A stretch of DNA of 64,000 nt from Candidatus Saccharimonadia bacterium (GTDB lineage Bacteria > Patescibacteriota > Saccharimonadia > Saccharimonadales > 2-12-FULL-41-12), in the NCBI GenBank assembly GCA_963717365.1, contig OY970327.1, forward strand, positions 75,599 through 139,598, read 5' to 3'. The notes beneath the pieces were generated by a model. The model had not been told where the DNA came from. It did no database searches and saw only the letters and a list, made by a program, of their open reading frames with translations. The translations under genes and the position numbers were made by a program. Shown piece after piece: positions 1 to 9,273 of the stretch; position 1 is the first letter of the stretch; every line of letters starts with the position of its first letter.

Positions 1-1
1 C

Positions 2-541
2 GTTGGCAATGTCATTCCGCCGCACGAAATTGTAGAGAAGTATGGCGTCGATGCTTTCCGTTATTATTTTATGCGCTATATTCCGGCCTATGAAGACGGT
101 GACTTTAGCTGGGAGCGAATGGAAGAAGTCTATAACAGCGACCTGGCTAATGAATTGGGCAACCTCGTTAGTCGTACTGCCGCCATGATTGTTAAGTATC
201 AGAATGGACTGATTGGTGATATCCCTGCGCCGGAACACGATATAAACGGCTACATTAAGGCGCTAAATGATTGTCGGTTTGATCGATCATTAGAAGAAGT
301 CTGGCAGCAAGTTCGTGGCATGAACCAATATATCGATGAAGAAAAGCCGTGGGTGATTGCCAAAGATAGTGATCCGGCTCACCTGCGCGAAGTGCTGGCG
401 TACGTTGCAAGTTCCATTTTACAAATTGGCGAGCTACTTGAACCATTTATGCCTGAAACTGCAGACGCTATTAAGAAAATGTTTACCACTGGTGTTATTC
501 AGTCAATGGACGGCACGCTGTTTCCCAAAAAAGACCAATAG
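2..541 (+). CDS. metG: Methionyl-tRNA synthetase, C-terminal portion (5' end outside window)
   Basis: Frame is open from the window edge (GNVIPPHEIVEKYGVDAFRYYF...). It contains ANELGNLVSRT and a helical anticodon-binding-domain sequence typical of MetRS. ORF-track 71..541 is the internal-Met remainder. Confidence 0.85.
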   Translation, partial: VGNVIPPHEIVEKYGVDAFRYYFMRYIPAYEDGDFSWERMEEVYNSDLANELGNLVSRTAAMIVKYQNGLIGDIPAPEHDINGYIKALNDCRFDRSLEEVWQQVRGMNQYIDEEKPWVIAKDSDPAHLREVLAYVASSILQIGELLEPFMPETADAIKKMFTTGVIQSMDGTLFPKKDQ

Positions 542-545
542 CTTT

Positions 546-1358
546 TTAGCCAGCGCTTGGAATACTATCGAGCTGGTTAAGCTCTATAAGTAACTTATGT
601 GACCCAAACAACTCATCGTTGACTTCACGTTCTGGCTTCCAATAAACGTGAGTAGCATCACTATTGCCTTTATAAGACATAGGAGTTCTAATAATAGCGC
701 GAGGATTAAGCTCAAATCCAAAAGCGTAAGTATGGGGCCAGGCGTGGGCAGTTGCTCGAAGATCAGCTAAGGGACCGCTATAGCCTTCACGAACAGTATG
801 TAGATAGTCAACTAAATCAATACCTGTTTCCTCTAGACATTCTCGGTACGCTGCTTCCAGCGGATGCTCTCCATCGTCGACAAATCCTCCTGGCAAAGCT
901 AGTTTACCAGTATCCATCCGCTCTATTAACAGTATGTGCGGTTCATCGAGGTCGTGACGTCTTACGATTGGATCGGCTGTCATATTTGGTCCGTAGGTCC
1001 AATAAAAACCGTTGCCTAAAGCCGCTCCAACCTGCGGATCATCTATCATTTGGTTAAACCATGGATGGAGCGGCCGTCCATGGGGATCTAATTTTAAGTC
1101 TAAGTCGGCAAATTCTTGCTGTTCAGTAGTAGTAGGTAAGCGTAGGTCGGCGTAAGGCCGTGCAAAGCTAGAGCCTGACAACTTTATTAGTTCGCTCAGC
1201 ACAGCCTCAGAACCTGGCTCACCATACAGGCGATTTTCCAGAGATGGATACCCATCATACTGAATTTCAGCTAGTTGCAGAGCAAGCAAACCAAGGCTTT
1301 GGTCTCTAAACCATTCGCCGGTCTCCATCTGATTTGGATTAAGTACTAGATTTTCCAT
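546..1358 (-). CDS. NUDIX hydrolase (ADP-ribose pyrophosphatase-like)
   Basis: Intact Nudix box GGFVDDGEHPLEAAYRECLEETGI. The ORF track extends to a TTG at 1403, which would overlap the upstream gene. The ATG at 1358 (MENLVLN...) is preferred but not certain. Confidence 0.75.
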   Translation of the reverse strand: MENLVLNPNQMETGEWFRDQSLGLLALQLAEIQYDGYPSLENRLYGEPGSEAVLSELIKLSGSSFARPYADLRLPTTTEQQEFADLDLKLDPHGRPLHPWFNQMIDDPQVGAALGNGFYWTYGPNMTADPIVRRHDLDEPHILLIERMDTGKLALPGGFVDDGEHPLEAAYRECLEETGIDLVDYLHTVREGYSGPLADLRATAHAWPHTYAFGFELNPRAIIRTPMSYKGNSDATHVYWKPEREVNDELFGSHKLLIELNQLDSIPSAG

Positions 1359-1387
1359 AAGAGTATTCTTTCGTATTATAACATATT

Positions 1388-2263
1388 TTATAGTTGTTGC
1401 CAAAGTTGCAGGTGCTGCAGTGCTCTTTGGTAGGTGACATTGTCTGGTGACTCAGCAAAGTGGCACATATTAGCCCATTCGTTGACGTACGCCCACAAGA
1501 TAATTTCGTCTGGATTTAAGGCACCACCACCACTAGCTTCGTAGCTTTCGCAGGCCGGCTGCAGTAAACGGCGGTCCGTCATAAAAATCTTGCGAAATTC
1601 CTGATTGGGGTTGCCGATTTCCACTTCACTAAAATCAATTGCTCCATTAAGTTCTTTAGTAGGTGGACTAATGACGATGTTAGGGCCATGCAGGTCGCCG
1701 TGAACCACTACTTGCCAATCACTATCAGTAGTAGCCAATAGTTGCTCAAGCCGCTGTTTAGCTGGTTGATAAAACTCAGTGGTGGCAGCGCCGTTAATAC
1801 GTCGGCTGTAGTATTCCAGCAGGGTCATAGTCTGCTTAGTCTGCTTTTGTTCCACGATGTTATGGTCGAGTTGATGCAGCTGAGCTAAAAATTGGCCGAG
1901 ACCGGCTCCAATACCGGCGCACTGTATGGCGGTTAGCTGCTCAGATTGTCCATGCATAATAACTTCGCCTGGAACCAATCGGTACTTGGCATAAACATCG
2001 GTGTGCTCAAGCATAACGGGCAGACTAATTTGCCATTGTTGCTGGTTGATCGTGCCGAGTACGGCTACTTCATCGTTTAGTTTCGCCGCCCCGCCAGCGT
2101 GGCGTGGGTAGCGATAGACTAACTGATTCGGCTCGTCAATAATGACATGCTGTTCCCAGCCATGTTCGATGATTTGCAGACCAGCTGCCTGAGCTTCCGC
2201 CCGCGCGTTCGTCCAATTCGCCTGGTAAATATCAGTTTCAGCCATACATTCTTTACTCAACAT
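1388..2263 (-). CDS. Phosphotransferase (APH/choline-kinase-like) family protein
   Basis: Kinase-fold motifs VVHGDLHGPNIV (catalytic loop) and IDFSEVEIGNP (DFG-like). It overlaps the pncB stop by 7 nt, which fits a shared operon. Confidence 0.7.
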   Translation of the reverse strand: MLSKECMAETDIYQANWTNARAEAQAAGLQIIEHGWEQHVIIDEPNQLVYRYPRHAGGAAKLNDEVAVLGTINQQQWQISLPVMLEHTDVYAKYRLVPGEVIMHGQSEQLTAIQCAGIGAGLGQFLAQLHQLDHNIVEQKQTKQTMTLLEYYSRRINGAATTEFYQPAKQRLEQLLATTDSDWQVVVHGDLHGPNIVISPPTKELNGAIDFSEVEIGNPNQEFRKIFMTDRRLLQPACESYEASGGGALNPDEIILWAYVNEWANMCHFAESPDNVTYQRALQHLQLWQQL

Positions 2264-3525
2264 GCTATCACATCTTGCTTTAGCAGTTGCTGAACCGTGC
2301 TAAAAATAGTCTGGTAGCGTTTGATGAGTTCGGGAGGACCGGTGTGTTTTCCTTCGTTATCGCTTAATTTTACCAACTCGGCTTCTTGACCTCCAGGTAG
2401 GCGAACATGAGTAGCTTTCATAACAATATTCAGCGGTTTCAAGCCGAGGTCGTTGGTTAATGTAGTCCCCCAACCATAGACATTGCCAATACGGCCTTTG
2501 AAATGATTATGTAGTTTGACGATGGTATCGATATCCAGGCCATCACTAAAAACTATAGCTTTAGTGGTTGGATCGATGCCGTTTGCTTGGTAGTAGGCGA
2601 TGGCTTTCTCGCCAAATTCAATTGGATCTCCGGAATCGTGTCGCAGTGCTTTCCATTCGTGCGCTTGTTCTAGCGTAAAATCTTCGAAGAAGAAATCACT
2701 GCCAAATGTGTCAGTAAGTACAGTAGATAGGTCATCACCATAGAGACTTCTCCAATCGACAATAAAATTATTGTGGGAAGCGTGGATATCTTCGCCCCGG
2801 GCATCGGCGATGCCGGCATAAATCATTGGCATTTCGTGGGCCCAGGTGCCAATTGGCGTGGTTTCAAAGTCTCGGGATATGGCTAGGTTGCTGGTGCCAC
2901 TAAAGTTTTCTGGACATTCATTCATAACTCGCTGGGTAACATGTTTTTGCCATTTGTATGAAAAGTGGCGGCGGGTACCAAATTCAGAGAATTTAATAGC
3001 TGGGTTTTGTTGTAAAATTTTTATTTTATCGGTAAGACGGCGGTCGCCCTCTTTGTACAAATGCATCGGGTCAATACCCTTTGCTTGCATGTAACCTTCA
3101 AAATATATCTCGTTAACTTCACTCATGACCACAGTTTCCCAGAAGGTTACCAGCGGTGCATCACCGGTGGTAACAATAACTAAGTCGTCAATTGTTTCAT
3201 CGTAAGCTACTTGGACCTCAGGTAACAAAGAGCTGCCTAAGTAGTCTAAATAATCTTTTGAAAATACCGGCGTGTCATTGCTGCGCTTAAGGCTGGCAAA
3301 ATAACTAAGCTCATCATCTGTCCAGCTTTTATCGCGTAATGCGTCAAAACGGGCCTGCAGCACATCAGAGTCAATATAGTCAGCCAAACGCTGTTCGCCG
3401 CGATTCTTAAAGGTAAAAGTAACTTCAACATCAGGGTGATGTTCAAAGTGGTGCTGGCTCATGGTTGGCTTGTAATAATCCAAGCCTTTGGTGAGCATTA
3501 TTTCTGGTGTTGCAGGCGCGTTCAT
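2257..3525 (-). CDS. pncB: Nicotinate phosphoribosyltransferase
   Basis: 422 aa with FGTRRHFS and GWGTTLTNDLG motifs, and the length typical of NAPRTase. It lies directly downstream of pncA. Confidence 0.9.
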   Translation of the reverse strand: MNAPATPEIMLTKGLDYYKPTMSQHHFEHHPDVEVTFTFKNRGEQRLADYIDSDVLQARFDALRDKSWTDDELSYFASLKRSNDTPVFSKDYLDYLGSSLLPEVQVAYDETIDDLVIVTTGDAPLVTFWETVVMSEVNEIYFEGYMQAKGIDPMHLYKEGDRRLTDKIKILQQNPAIKFSEFGTRRHFSYKWQKHVTQRVMNECPENFSGTSNLAISRDFETTPIGTWAHEMPMIYAGIADARGEDIHASHNNFIVDWRSLYGDDLSTVLTDTFGSDFFFEDFTLEQAHEWKALRHDSGDPIEFGEKAIAYYQANGIDPTTKAIVFSDGLDIDTIVKLHNHFKGRIGNVYGWGTTLTNDLGLKPLNIVMKATHVRLPGGQEAELVKLSDNEGKHTGPPELIKRYQTIFSTVQQLLKQDVIAC

Positions 3526-3526
3526 A

Positions 3527-4180
3527 TTATTTTCCCTGTACTCTGATTACGCCACCCAGTACATCTTCGCTAGTAACAAATTGTGCACCAGCCAGCTTCA
3601 TTTCGTCAATAGCCAGTTTCTCATCTTCTGGTTTAAGGTTAACCGCTCTGATAGCATCTTCGAGGACATAGACGCCCACTTGATGGGGAGTGACTGGATA
3701 ATCCCTTTGAACTATTGCGCAGGCATCTAGTACAGTAGCTTTTACGCAGTAGTCAGTTGCGAGACCTCCAATTAATACGGCGACTCGCTCCTGTTGGTCT
3801 TGCGGGGTAATCAGCTTTTCAAGTGTTTTGCCAATGATATCTATACCATCAAAACCGGAATAGGCATCTTCGTCTACACCGGTGCCTTTATCTAAGATGC
3901 GGTCATTAAGCTCAACGTGGACGGCTTCATGTAATTCGGCACCCGGCGTTCCAGCCACGCAATGCACTGGCCAGACATCAAAGTGTCCGGTTTTTTCTGG
4001 GTGCATGTCGCGAGTGAAGGCTACGGCGCCATCTTGCTGCCGAGTCCATTCAGCTACATTGTTAAAAGGTTCTATTACCTGGTCTCCCTCGGTAACTCCT
4101 AGTAATCCGCCCGGACAGAAATCGTTTTGAATGTCTACTCCTACTGCGACCACCCGGTCATATATTTCTGGATTTATCAT
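3527..4180 (-). CDS. pncA: Nicotinamidase (isochorismatase family)
   Basis: VDIQNDFCPGG N-terminal motif and catalytic Cys context GLATDYCVKATVLDA. GGAG Shine-Dalgarno sequence upstream. Confidence 0.9.
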   Translation of the reverse strand: MINPEIYDRVVAVGVDIQNDFCPGGLLGVTEGDQVIEPFNNVAEWTRQQDGAVAFTRDMHPEKTGHFDVWPVHCVAGTPGAELHEAVHVELNDRILDKGTGVDEDAYSGFDGIDIIGKTLEKLITPQDQQERVAVLIGGLATDYCVKATVLDACAIVQRDYPVTPHQVGVYVLEDAIRAVNLKPEDEKLAIDEMKLAGAQFVTSEDVLGGVIRVQGK

Positions 4181-4252
4181 AATCCTACTCCTTTATTTAG
4201 ATACTTATTGTAAAACATACACTAAATGTGTTATAAACAGTATATATGTTAG

Positions 4253-4273
4253 TTAGTGTATTGTCAACACTAA
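4253..4273. promoter_or_regulatory. Candidate NrtR operator (TTAGTGT-N7-ACACTAA) between pncA and the histidine-phosphatase gene
   Basis: Perfect 7+7 inverted repeat with a 7-nt spacer. The same half-sites recur at 7807..7827. Confidence 0.6.
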
Positions 4274-4310
4274 TTATTATGTGAATCTTAATTAAGGAGG
4301 AAAATAGTTT

Positions 4311-5159
4311 ATGAGTATGCCATATAACTTAGTTTTAGTAAGACATGGAGAATCTGAAGCAAATCTTGCCCAGCGCTTAGAAAAGGCCGGCCAAGGAGAT
4401 GAAATACCAGAGGGATTCTGGGATCGGCCAGACTGGGAGCATCGGCTAAGCCCCAGAGGGGAAGAGCAAGCCGTAATGGCAGGTAAGTGGTTAATAGAAA
4501 ACTATGGCAACTTAGACCAAAATTTTGATAAGCGTTATGTTTCACCATTTATACGTACCAGAGAAACTGCCAAATATATCGGTGGTTTGTCGTGTAACTG
4601 GATAAAAGACGATCGACTGATTGAGCGAAGTTGGGGGAAGTACGGGGCTACTCCATTAGGAGAACGGCAAGACTTGTTTGCCCATACCGAAAGGATGCAC
4701 CGCCAAAGCAGTCTGTACACTCAGTACGATAATGGAGAAAGCATCGGCTATAACACGGTTTTTAGAGTGCGGGACTGGCTTGGTACGCTGCACCGTGGCA
4801 TGGATGAAAAGGAAGAAAAGAATATACTAGCCGTGACCCATGGTGAATTTATGTGGGCTACCCGGTTTGTGCTTGATAATATGTTGCCGGAGGAATGGAA
4901 CGCTCATGATCAAGACAAATCTCAGAAGATACGGAACTGCTCTATAATTCACTACAGCCGGGAGGATCCGGAGACCGGGGAAATTGCACGAACCCTGAAT
5001 TGGCGTCGATTAATCTACCCTGATAATGTGAAACAATCACCATTTAATGGGGCATGGCAGGAGCTGCCGGGTAAACGATATATGACATCAGCGGAACTGA
5101 CGGCAAGCGTAGATGCAGTGCCGCGATTATTTCCTGTGTTAACTAGTCAAAGCTTCTAG
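4311..5159 (+). CDS. Histidine phosphatase (phosphoglycerate-mutase-like) family protein
   Basis: LVLVRHGESEAN catalytic RHG motif and a later THGEF motif. AAGGAGG Shine-Dalgarno sequence 10 nt upstream. Confidence 0.75.
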   Translation: MSMPYNLVLVRHGESEANLAQRLEKAGQGDEIPEGFWDRPDWEHRLSPRGEEQAVMAGKWLIENYGNLDQNFDKRYVSPFIRTRETAKYIGGLSCNWIKDDRLIERSWGKYGATPLGERQDLFAHTERMHRQSSLYTQYDNGESIGYNTVFRVRDWLGTLHRGMDEKEEKNILAVTHGEFMWATRFVLDNMLPEEWNAHDQDKSQKIRNCSIIHYSREDPETGEIARTLNWRRLIYPDNVKQSPFNGAWQELPGKRYMTSAELTASVDAVPRLFPVLTSQSF

Positions 5160-5829
5160 AAAGTGTCTCAAGTTTTTGATTATTAAACTTATATAGCTTC
5201 GCGGGACGGTGGGCGCCTTCGCGGTGCAGTTCATTAGTGGCATGGATTAAATCTAGGCTAAGGTATTTTTTGCGGAAGTTACGCTTATCGAGTGGGCGGC
5301 CGAGAATTGTCTCGTAAGCTGCCTGTAGCTGCGACATTGTAAAAAGCGTAGGCAGGAGAGCATGCACGGCGTTCGTATATGTTATTTTTGATTGGAGACG
5401 TTCATGGGCATAGTGAATAATGTTGGCATGGTCATAGGCTAAGGCAGGGAGGTCACGGACGTTGAAGAATCCTGGATTTTGAGTGTTTTTAGTTTCTGTT
5501 GGCACCAGGTCGCGGCCTAAACCCATATATGTTACTGATACTGCGTGGCCCCGCGGATCGCGGGCAACCGTATCAAACGTGTAAAGCTGTTCAATTAGAC
5601 GCAAACTAGCGCAATCTATGCCGGCTTTGGATTTGAGCGTACGCTCCATGCCATCTTGAGTCGTCTCACCGACTGCAATATAACCACCCGGCAGGGCCCA
5701 TTTATCTTTAAACGGATCGTTAGCACGTTGAATCAGCAAAACTAAAAAATCATTTTCCACAATTTGAAAAATAACTGAATCAACAGTTAGAATTGGCGGT
5801 TTATAGTCATTGGGATACATAACTCTCAT
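5143..5829 (-). CDS. nrtR: NrtR-type Nudix-related transcriptional regulator of NAD metabolism
   Basis: The Nudix fold has a degenerate box (GGYIAVGETTQDGMERTLKSKAGI) in which the REXXEE glutamates are lost. A C-terminal ~80-aa winged-helix-like tail follows (LQAAYETILGRPLDKRNFRKKYLSLDLI). It lies directly downstream of nadE. Confidence 0.7.
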   Translation of the reverse strand: MRVMYPNDYKPPILTVDSVIFQIVENDFLVLLIQRANDPFKDKWALPGGYIAVGETTQDGMERTLKSKAGIDCASLRLIEQLYTFDTVARDPRGHAVSVTYMGLGRDLVPTETKNTQNPGFFNVRDLPALAYDHANIIHYAHERLQSKITYTNAVHALLPTLFTMSQLQAAYETILGRPLDKRNFRKKYLSLDLIHATNELHREGAHRPAKLYKFNNQKLETLSRSFD

Positions 5830-5839
5830 TGTACACTAA

Positions 5840-7732
5840 CTATTCCCATACTGCTCCGCTTGGCATGTCTGAAGGCATCCGCCAATCGCCGCGTGGACTG
5901 AGGGCAATACTGCCTACTTTAGGACCATCAGGCATAACGGAGCGTTTAAATTGGTTTTTAGCAAATCGATCTAGATGCAATCTCAGCCATTTATCGATTT
6001 CATCTTGGCTGTAGCTATCTTGGAACGCTTGTTTAGCCAAATAGGCAATTTTGGCAGGCTTATCGCCCCAGCGAATGACATAGGTCATAAAGAAATCATG
6101 TAGTTCGTAGGGCCCAATAATATCCTCAGTTAGTTGAGATAATTGGTCGTCTTCTTTGGTAAGTTCTGGTGAGATTGGCGTCCCAATAATATCTTCTGCT
6201 ACCGGAATTGATTCTGGGTATTTTTGTGCGGCGTGGGCTACCAATTGACGTATCATGGTTTTGGGAATGCTGGCATTGACGTTGTAATGGGACATATGAT
6301 CAGCGTTAAAGGTGCACCAGCCCAGGGCAATTTCACTCAAATCGCCGGTGCCTAGTACAATACAATGCTCCTTATTACCGTAATTAAATAAGATGGAAGT
6401 ACGAGCCCGTGCTTGAACATTTTCATAGGTTATATCCTGCGTGGTGCCGTCATGACCAATGATGGCCAGCTCGGCATCAACCAGTGGCTTGATGGGCATT
6501 GTCTCGTTGGGAACATTTAGCGCGGCAGCCAGAAGTGCTGCGTTACTTTGAGTATTTTCACTGCTCGCCGGTCCGGGCATAGTAATGGTACGAATTACAT
6601 CGGCAGGCGCTTTGCCTAAAATCTGAGCTGCAACGCAAGCTACATACAAAGCGAGCGTAGAATCCAGACCTCCCGACAAACCAATTACTAACCGTTCACG
6701 ACGAGTATTTTTCATACGCATGGCAAGTCCCTGGGCCTGTATCTGTAATACTCGGTCTAGCCGTTTGGTTCGCGTCTCTACGCTCTCGTCGGGCAGGAAT
6801 GGATGTTTATCAATGGTAATTCTAAGATCTTCTTGCTGACGCCGCAGACTAGTTTGGATAGCCACACCACCCAACTTATGAACAAAGCCTTGTTTTCGGC
6901 GGTCATGCAAGAGATGTTCAATATCGACGTCGCTAATAATAAGTCTCTCATTCCCAAATGGCTCGCGTTCAGCCATGATTTTCCCATTTTCGGCAATAAT
7001 TTGGTGGCCACCCATAACGATATCCATAGTCGACTCAGTTGGATGACAGCCAGCGTACACATAACCGGCAATTAAACGGCCAGACTGATTGCTGACCAGT
7101 TGACGGCGGTAATCATCTCTACCAACTTGTTCTGGCGAGGCAGACGGGTTCGCAATTAATAAGGCACCATACTCTGTCAGACTGGTGCTTGGAGGTGTGG
7201 TCACCCACAGGTCTTCACAAATCTCTACGCCTGTCGGCACGCCGGCAATATTAAACAATAAGTTGTTTCCAAACGGTACCGATTGGCCATTGATATCAAT
7301 GCCTATGGTTTCTTTATCCCATGTCTGGAACCAACGGTCCTCATAAAATTCGTTATAGGTAGGCAAGTTTTGTTTCGGCACAATACCTTTTACCAGACCG
7401 TCGGCCAGTACGGCTGCGCAGTTATAGAGACTATTACCAACTTGCAACGGCAGTCCAATCACCATAGCCGTTGACTGCCCACCGGTAGTCTCAGCCAGAT
7501 TGGTTAGTCCGTTCCTGGCTCGTTCCAATAGCTGATTTTGATTTACAAGATCACCTAACGTATAGCCAGTTAGACTTAGCTCAGGAAAGGTAAGTAGTGA
7601 AACATCCTGACTAACTGCATCTTGGTACACTGCTCGAAGGTTCTGAATGTTTGCAGCTACATCAGCTACAGCGACTTCAGGGCAGCCGGTGGCAACACGC
7701 AGATAACTTTCTGATGGCTGATATTCTTTCAT
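5840..7732 (-). CDS. nadE: Glutamine-dependent NAD+ synthetase (nitrilase domain + NAD synthetase domain)
   Basis: N-terminal CN-hydrolase domain (VEICEDLW) plus C-terminal PP-loop GLSGGLDS. The ORF track starts at a TTG (7738). The ATG at 7732 has an AAGGGGA Shine-Dalgarno sequence upstream. Confidence 0.9.
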   Translation of the reverse strand: MKEYQPSESYLRVATGCPEVAVADVAANIQNLRAVYQDAVSQDVSLLTFPELSLTGYTLGDLVNQNQLLERARNGLTNLAETTGGQSTAMVIGLPLQVGNSLYNCAAVLADGLVKGIVPKQNLPTYNEFYEDRWFQTWDKETIGIDINGQSVPFGNNLLFNIAGVPTGVEICEDLWVTTPPSTSLTEYGALLIANPSASPEQVGRDDYRRQLVSNQSGRLIAGYVYAGCHPTESTMDIVMGGHQIIAENGKIMAEREPFGNERLIISDVDIEHLLHDRRKQGFVHKLGGVAIQTSLRRQQEDLRITIDKHPFLPDESVETRTKRLDRVLQIQAQGLAMRMKNTRRERLVIGLSGGLDSTLALYVACVAAQILGKAPADVIRTITMPGPASSENTQSNAALLAAALNVPNETMPIKPLVDAELAIIGHDGTTQDITYENVQARARTSILFNYGNKEHCIVLGTGDLSEIALGWCTFNADHMSHYNVNASIPKTMIRQLVAHAAQKYPESIPVAEDIIGTPISPELTKEDDQLSQLTEDIIGPYELHDFFMTYVIRWGDKPAKIAYLAKQAFQDSYSQDEIDKWLRLHLDRFAKNQFKRSVMPDGPKVGSIALSPRGDWRMPSDMPSGAVWE

Positions 7733-7756
7733 GAACAATCCCCTTTCATTGGTTAG

Positions 7757-7777
7757 TTAGTGTTTACTTGACAGCAA
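7757..7777. promoter_or_regulatory. Weaker candidate NrtR operator (TTAGTGT-N7-ACAGCAA) upstream of nadE
   Basis: The left half-site is perfect and the right is 5/7. The preceding GTTAG is shared with the 4253 site. It lies 25 nt from the nadE ATG. Confidence 0.4.
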
Positions 7778-7806
7778 CTTGCAGGAATTGTAACATAGAA
7801 CAATAC

Positions 7807-7827
7807 TTAGTGTCAAAAAAACACTAA
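7807..7827. promoter_or_regulatory. Candidate NrtR operator (TTAGTGT-N7-ACACTAA) upstream of nadD
   Basis: Perfect copy of the same palindrome, 15 nt upstream of the nadD ATG. Confidence 0.6.
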
Positions 7828-7841
7828 TTAAGGAATTGATT

Positions 7842-8438
7842 ATGAATCATAAAGAAACAATTATTTTCGGCGGCAGCTTCAATCCACCGACTAGAGCGCA
7901 TCAAATTATTACCGCTGCCTGTAGTGAGAATAATCCGCAGGCTGATATTTGGTTGATGCCATGTGGCGAGCGTTACGATAAAAATCTGACGATTCCGATC
8001 ACGCATCGTCTAGGGATGCTTCAAGCTATGATCAGTTCCATAGAAGATAATGACCGCATTGATATCTGTACCATGGAAATAATGACTGCGGGCATAAGCG
8101 AGACTCGGAAAACTGCCCAGCGTCTTGCTGAGGAGTATCCATACCGGCAATTCCGTTTTGTCTTTGGGGCGGATGCCTACCTCGCTATGGCGCAATGGCG
8201 CGGTGGTAAAGAATTGCAGGCTAGCCTACCAATGTTATTAGTAGCAAGAATCGGCAGTTTAGCTATGCAGGCCGCCAATAATGTGGAAGTCATGCCGTTA
8301 GATGCACCGGATATTTCTTCAACCGTTGTCCGCGCCAATATAGCCAAAGACATGCCAATAGATAGCCTGGTTTGCGATAGCGTCCAGAGTTACATCGCTG
8401 ATCACCGATTGTATTCTGCCCTTGCAACCGCTAGCTAA
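7842..8438 (+). CDS. nadD: Nicotinate-nucleotide adenylyltransferase
   Basis: IIFGGSFNPPTRAH nucleotidyltransferase motif. The ORF-track start at 7836 is a TTG. The ATG at 7842 sits 7 nt after an AAGGAA Shine-Dalgarno sequence. Confidence 0.85.
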   Translation: MNHKETIIFGGSFNPPTRAHQIITAACSENNPQADIWLMPCGERYDKNLTIPITHRLGMLQAMISSIEDNDRIDICTMEIMTAGISETRKTAQRLAEEYPYRQFRFVFGADAYLAMAQWRGGKELQASLPMLLVARIGSLAMQAANNVEVMPLDAPDISSTVVRANIAKDMPIDSLVCDSVQSYIADHRLYSALATAS

Positions 8439-8467
8439 TGCTTTTCTTGTGGCATAATGTTTAACTA

Positions 8468-9259
8468 ATGAACGATGCTGTGGAATATTTTGATACGCAT
8501 GCCCACATACACTTTGAGGATTATCAGTTGGATGCTGACGAGGTATGGCTTGCGGCTCAGACGGCCGGTGTAACACGAATGTTAGTGGTGGGCTGCCGAC
8601 TCAGTGATAGTCAGGGTGCCATCGCCTTTGCAGAAAAATATAATGGAGTTTGGGCGGCGGTTGGTATTCATCCGCATGAAGCGGCCGACTTTCTTAAGAA
8701 CGCTAGTAATAAAACAGAATTTGAAGCTTTATTGCGGTCAGCTGCAACTACCAAAATTGTTGCTATTGGCGAGATTGGTCTGGATTATTACTATGAACAT
8801 TCTAGTAAAGAAAAGCAGATTGAACTACTTACCTGGCAACTGGAACTGGCTGAAAAGTATGATCTGCCGGTAATCTTCCATGTGCGGGATGCGTTTGATG
8901 ATTTTTGGCCAATTTATGACCGATTTACTATTAAAAAAGGGCTAATCCATAGTTTTACAGGGGTGAAAAAAGACGTCGAAAATATAATAAATCGTGGATT
9001 ATTCATTGCAGTCAATGGTATAATTACATTTACGAAGCAGGCAGAGCAGGTGGAAGCTGCAAAAGCTATTCCCCTGAGTAGGTTAATTTTGGAAACAGAT
9101 GCGCCCTACTTGACTCCGAGCCCACTTCGTGGTAAGATATGTAAGCCTGAACACGTAAAGCTCACCGCTGCTTTTTTAGCGGAGCTGAGAAGTGAGCCGC
9201 TCGGGGGGCTAGCATATCAAACAACTCAGAATGCCCGAGCACTTTTTAATGTGAAGTAA
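8468..9259 (+). CDS. TatD-family metal-dependent hydrolase
   Basis: DTHAHIHF at the N-terminus, GEIGLDYYY, and LETDAPYLTP. Confidence 0.85.
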   Translation: MNDAVEYFDTHAHIHFEDYQLDADEVWLAAQTAGVTRMLVVGCRLSDSQGAIAFAEKYNGVWAAVGIHPHEAADFLKNASNKTEFEALLRSAATTKIVAIGEIGLDYYYEHSSKEKQIELLTWQLELAEKYDLPVIFHVRDAFDDFWPIYDRFTIKKGLIHSFTGVKKDVENIINRGLFIAVNGIITFTKQAEQVEAAKAIPLSRLILETDAPYLTPSPLRGKICKPEHVKLTAAFLAELRSEPLGGLAYQTTQNARALFNVK

Positions 9260-9273
9260 ACAGAGAGAAATAA

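Noticed and set aside
7836-7841. N-terminal extensions from TTG/GTG starts in the ORF track (nadD 7836, nadE 7738, ruvX 35060, uvrA 41759, exporters 49448 and 51211, pepP 55198, sbcB 39458, DedA 45950, PKD protein 26770)
   Set aside because: In each case a downstream start has a better Shine-Dalgarno spacing, removes a long overlap with the neighbouring gene, or aligns with the conserved N-terminus of the family. For uvrA that start is the TTG at 41780, and for all the others it is an ATG.
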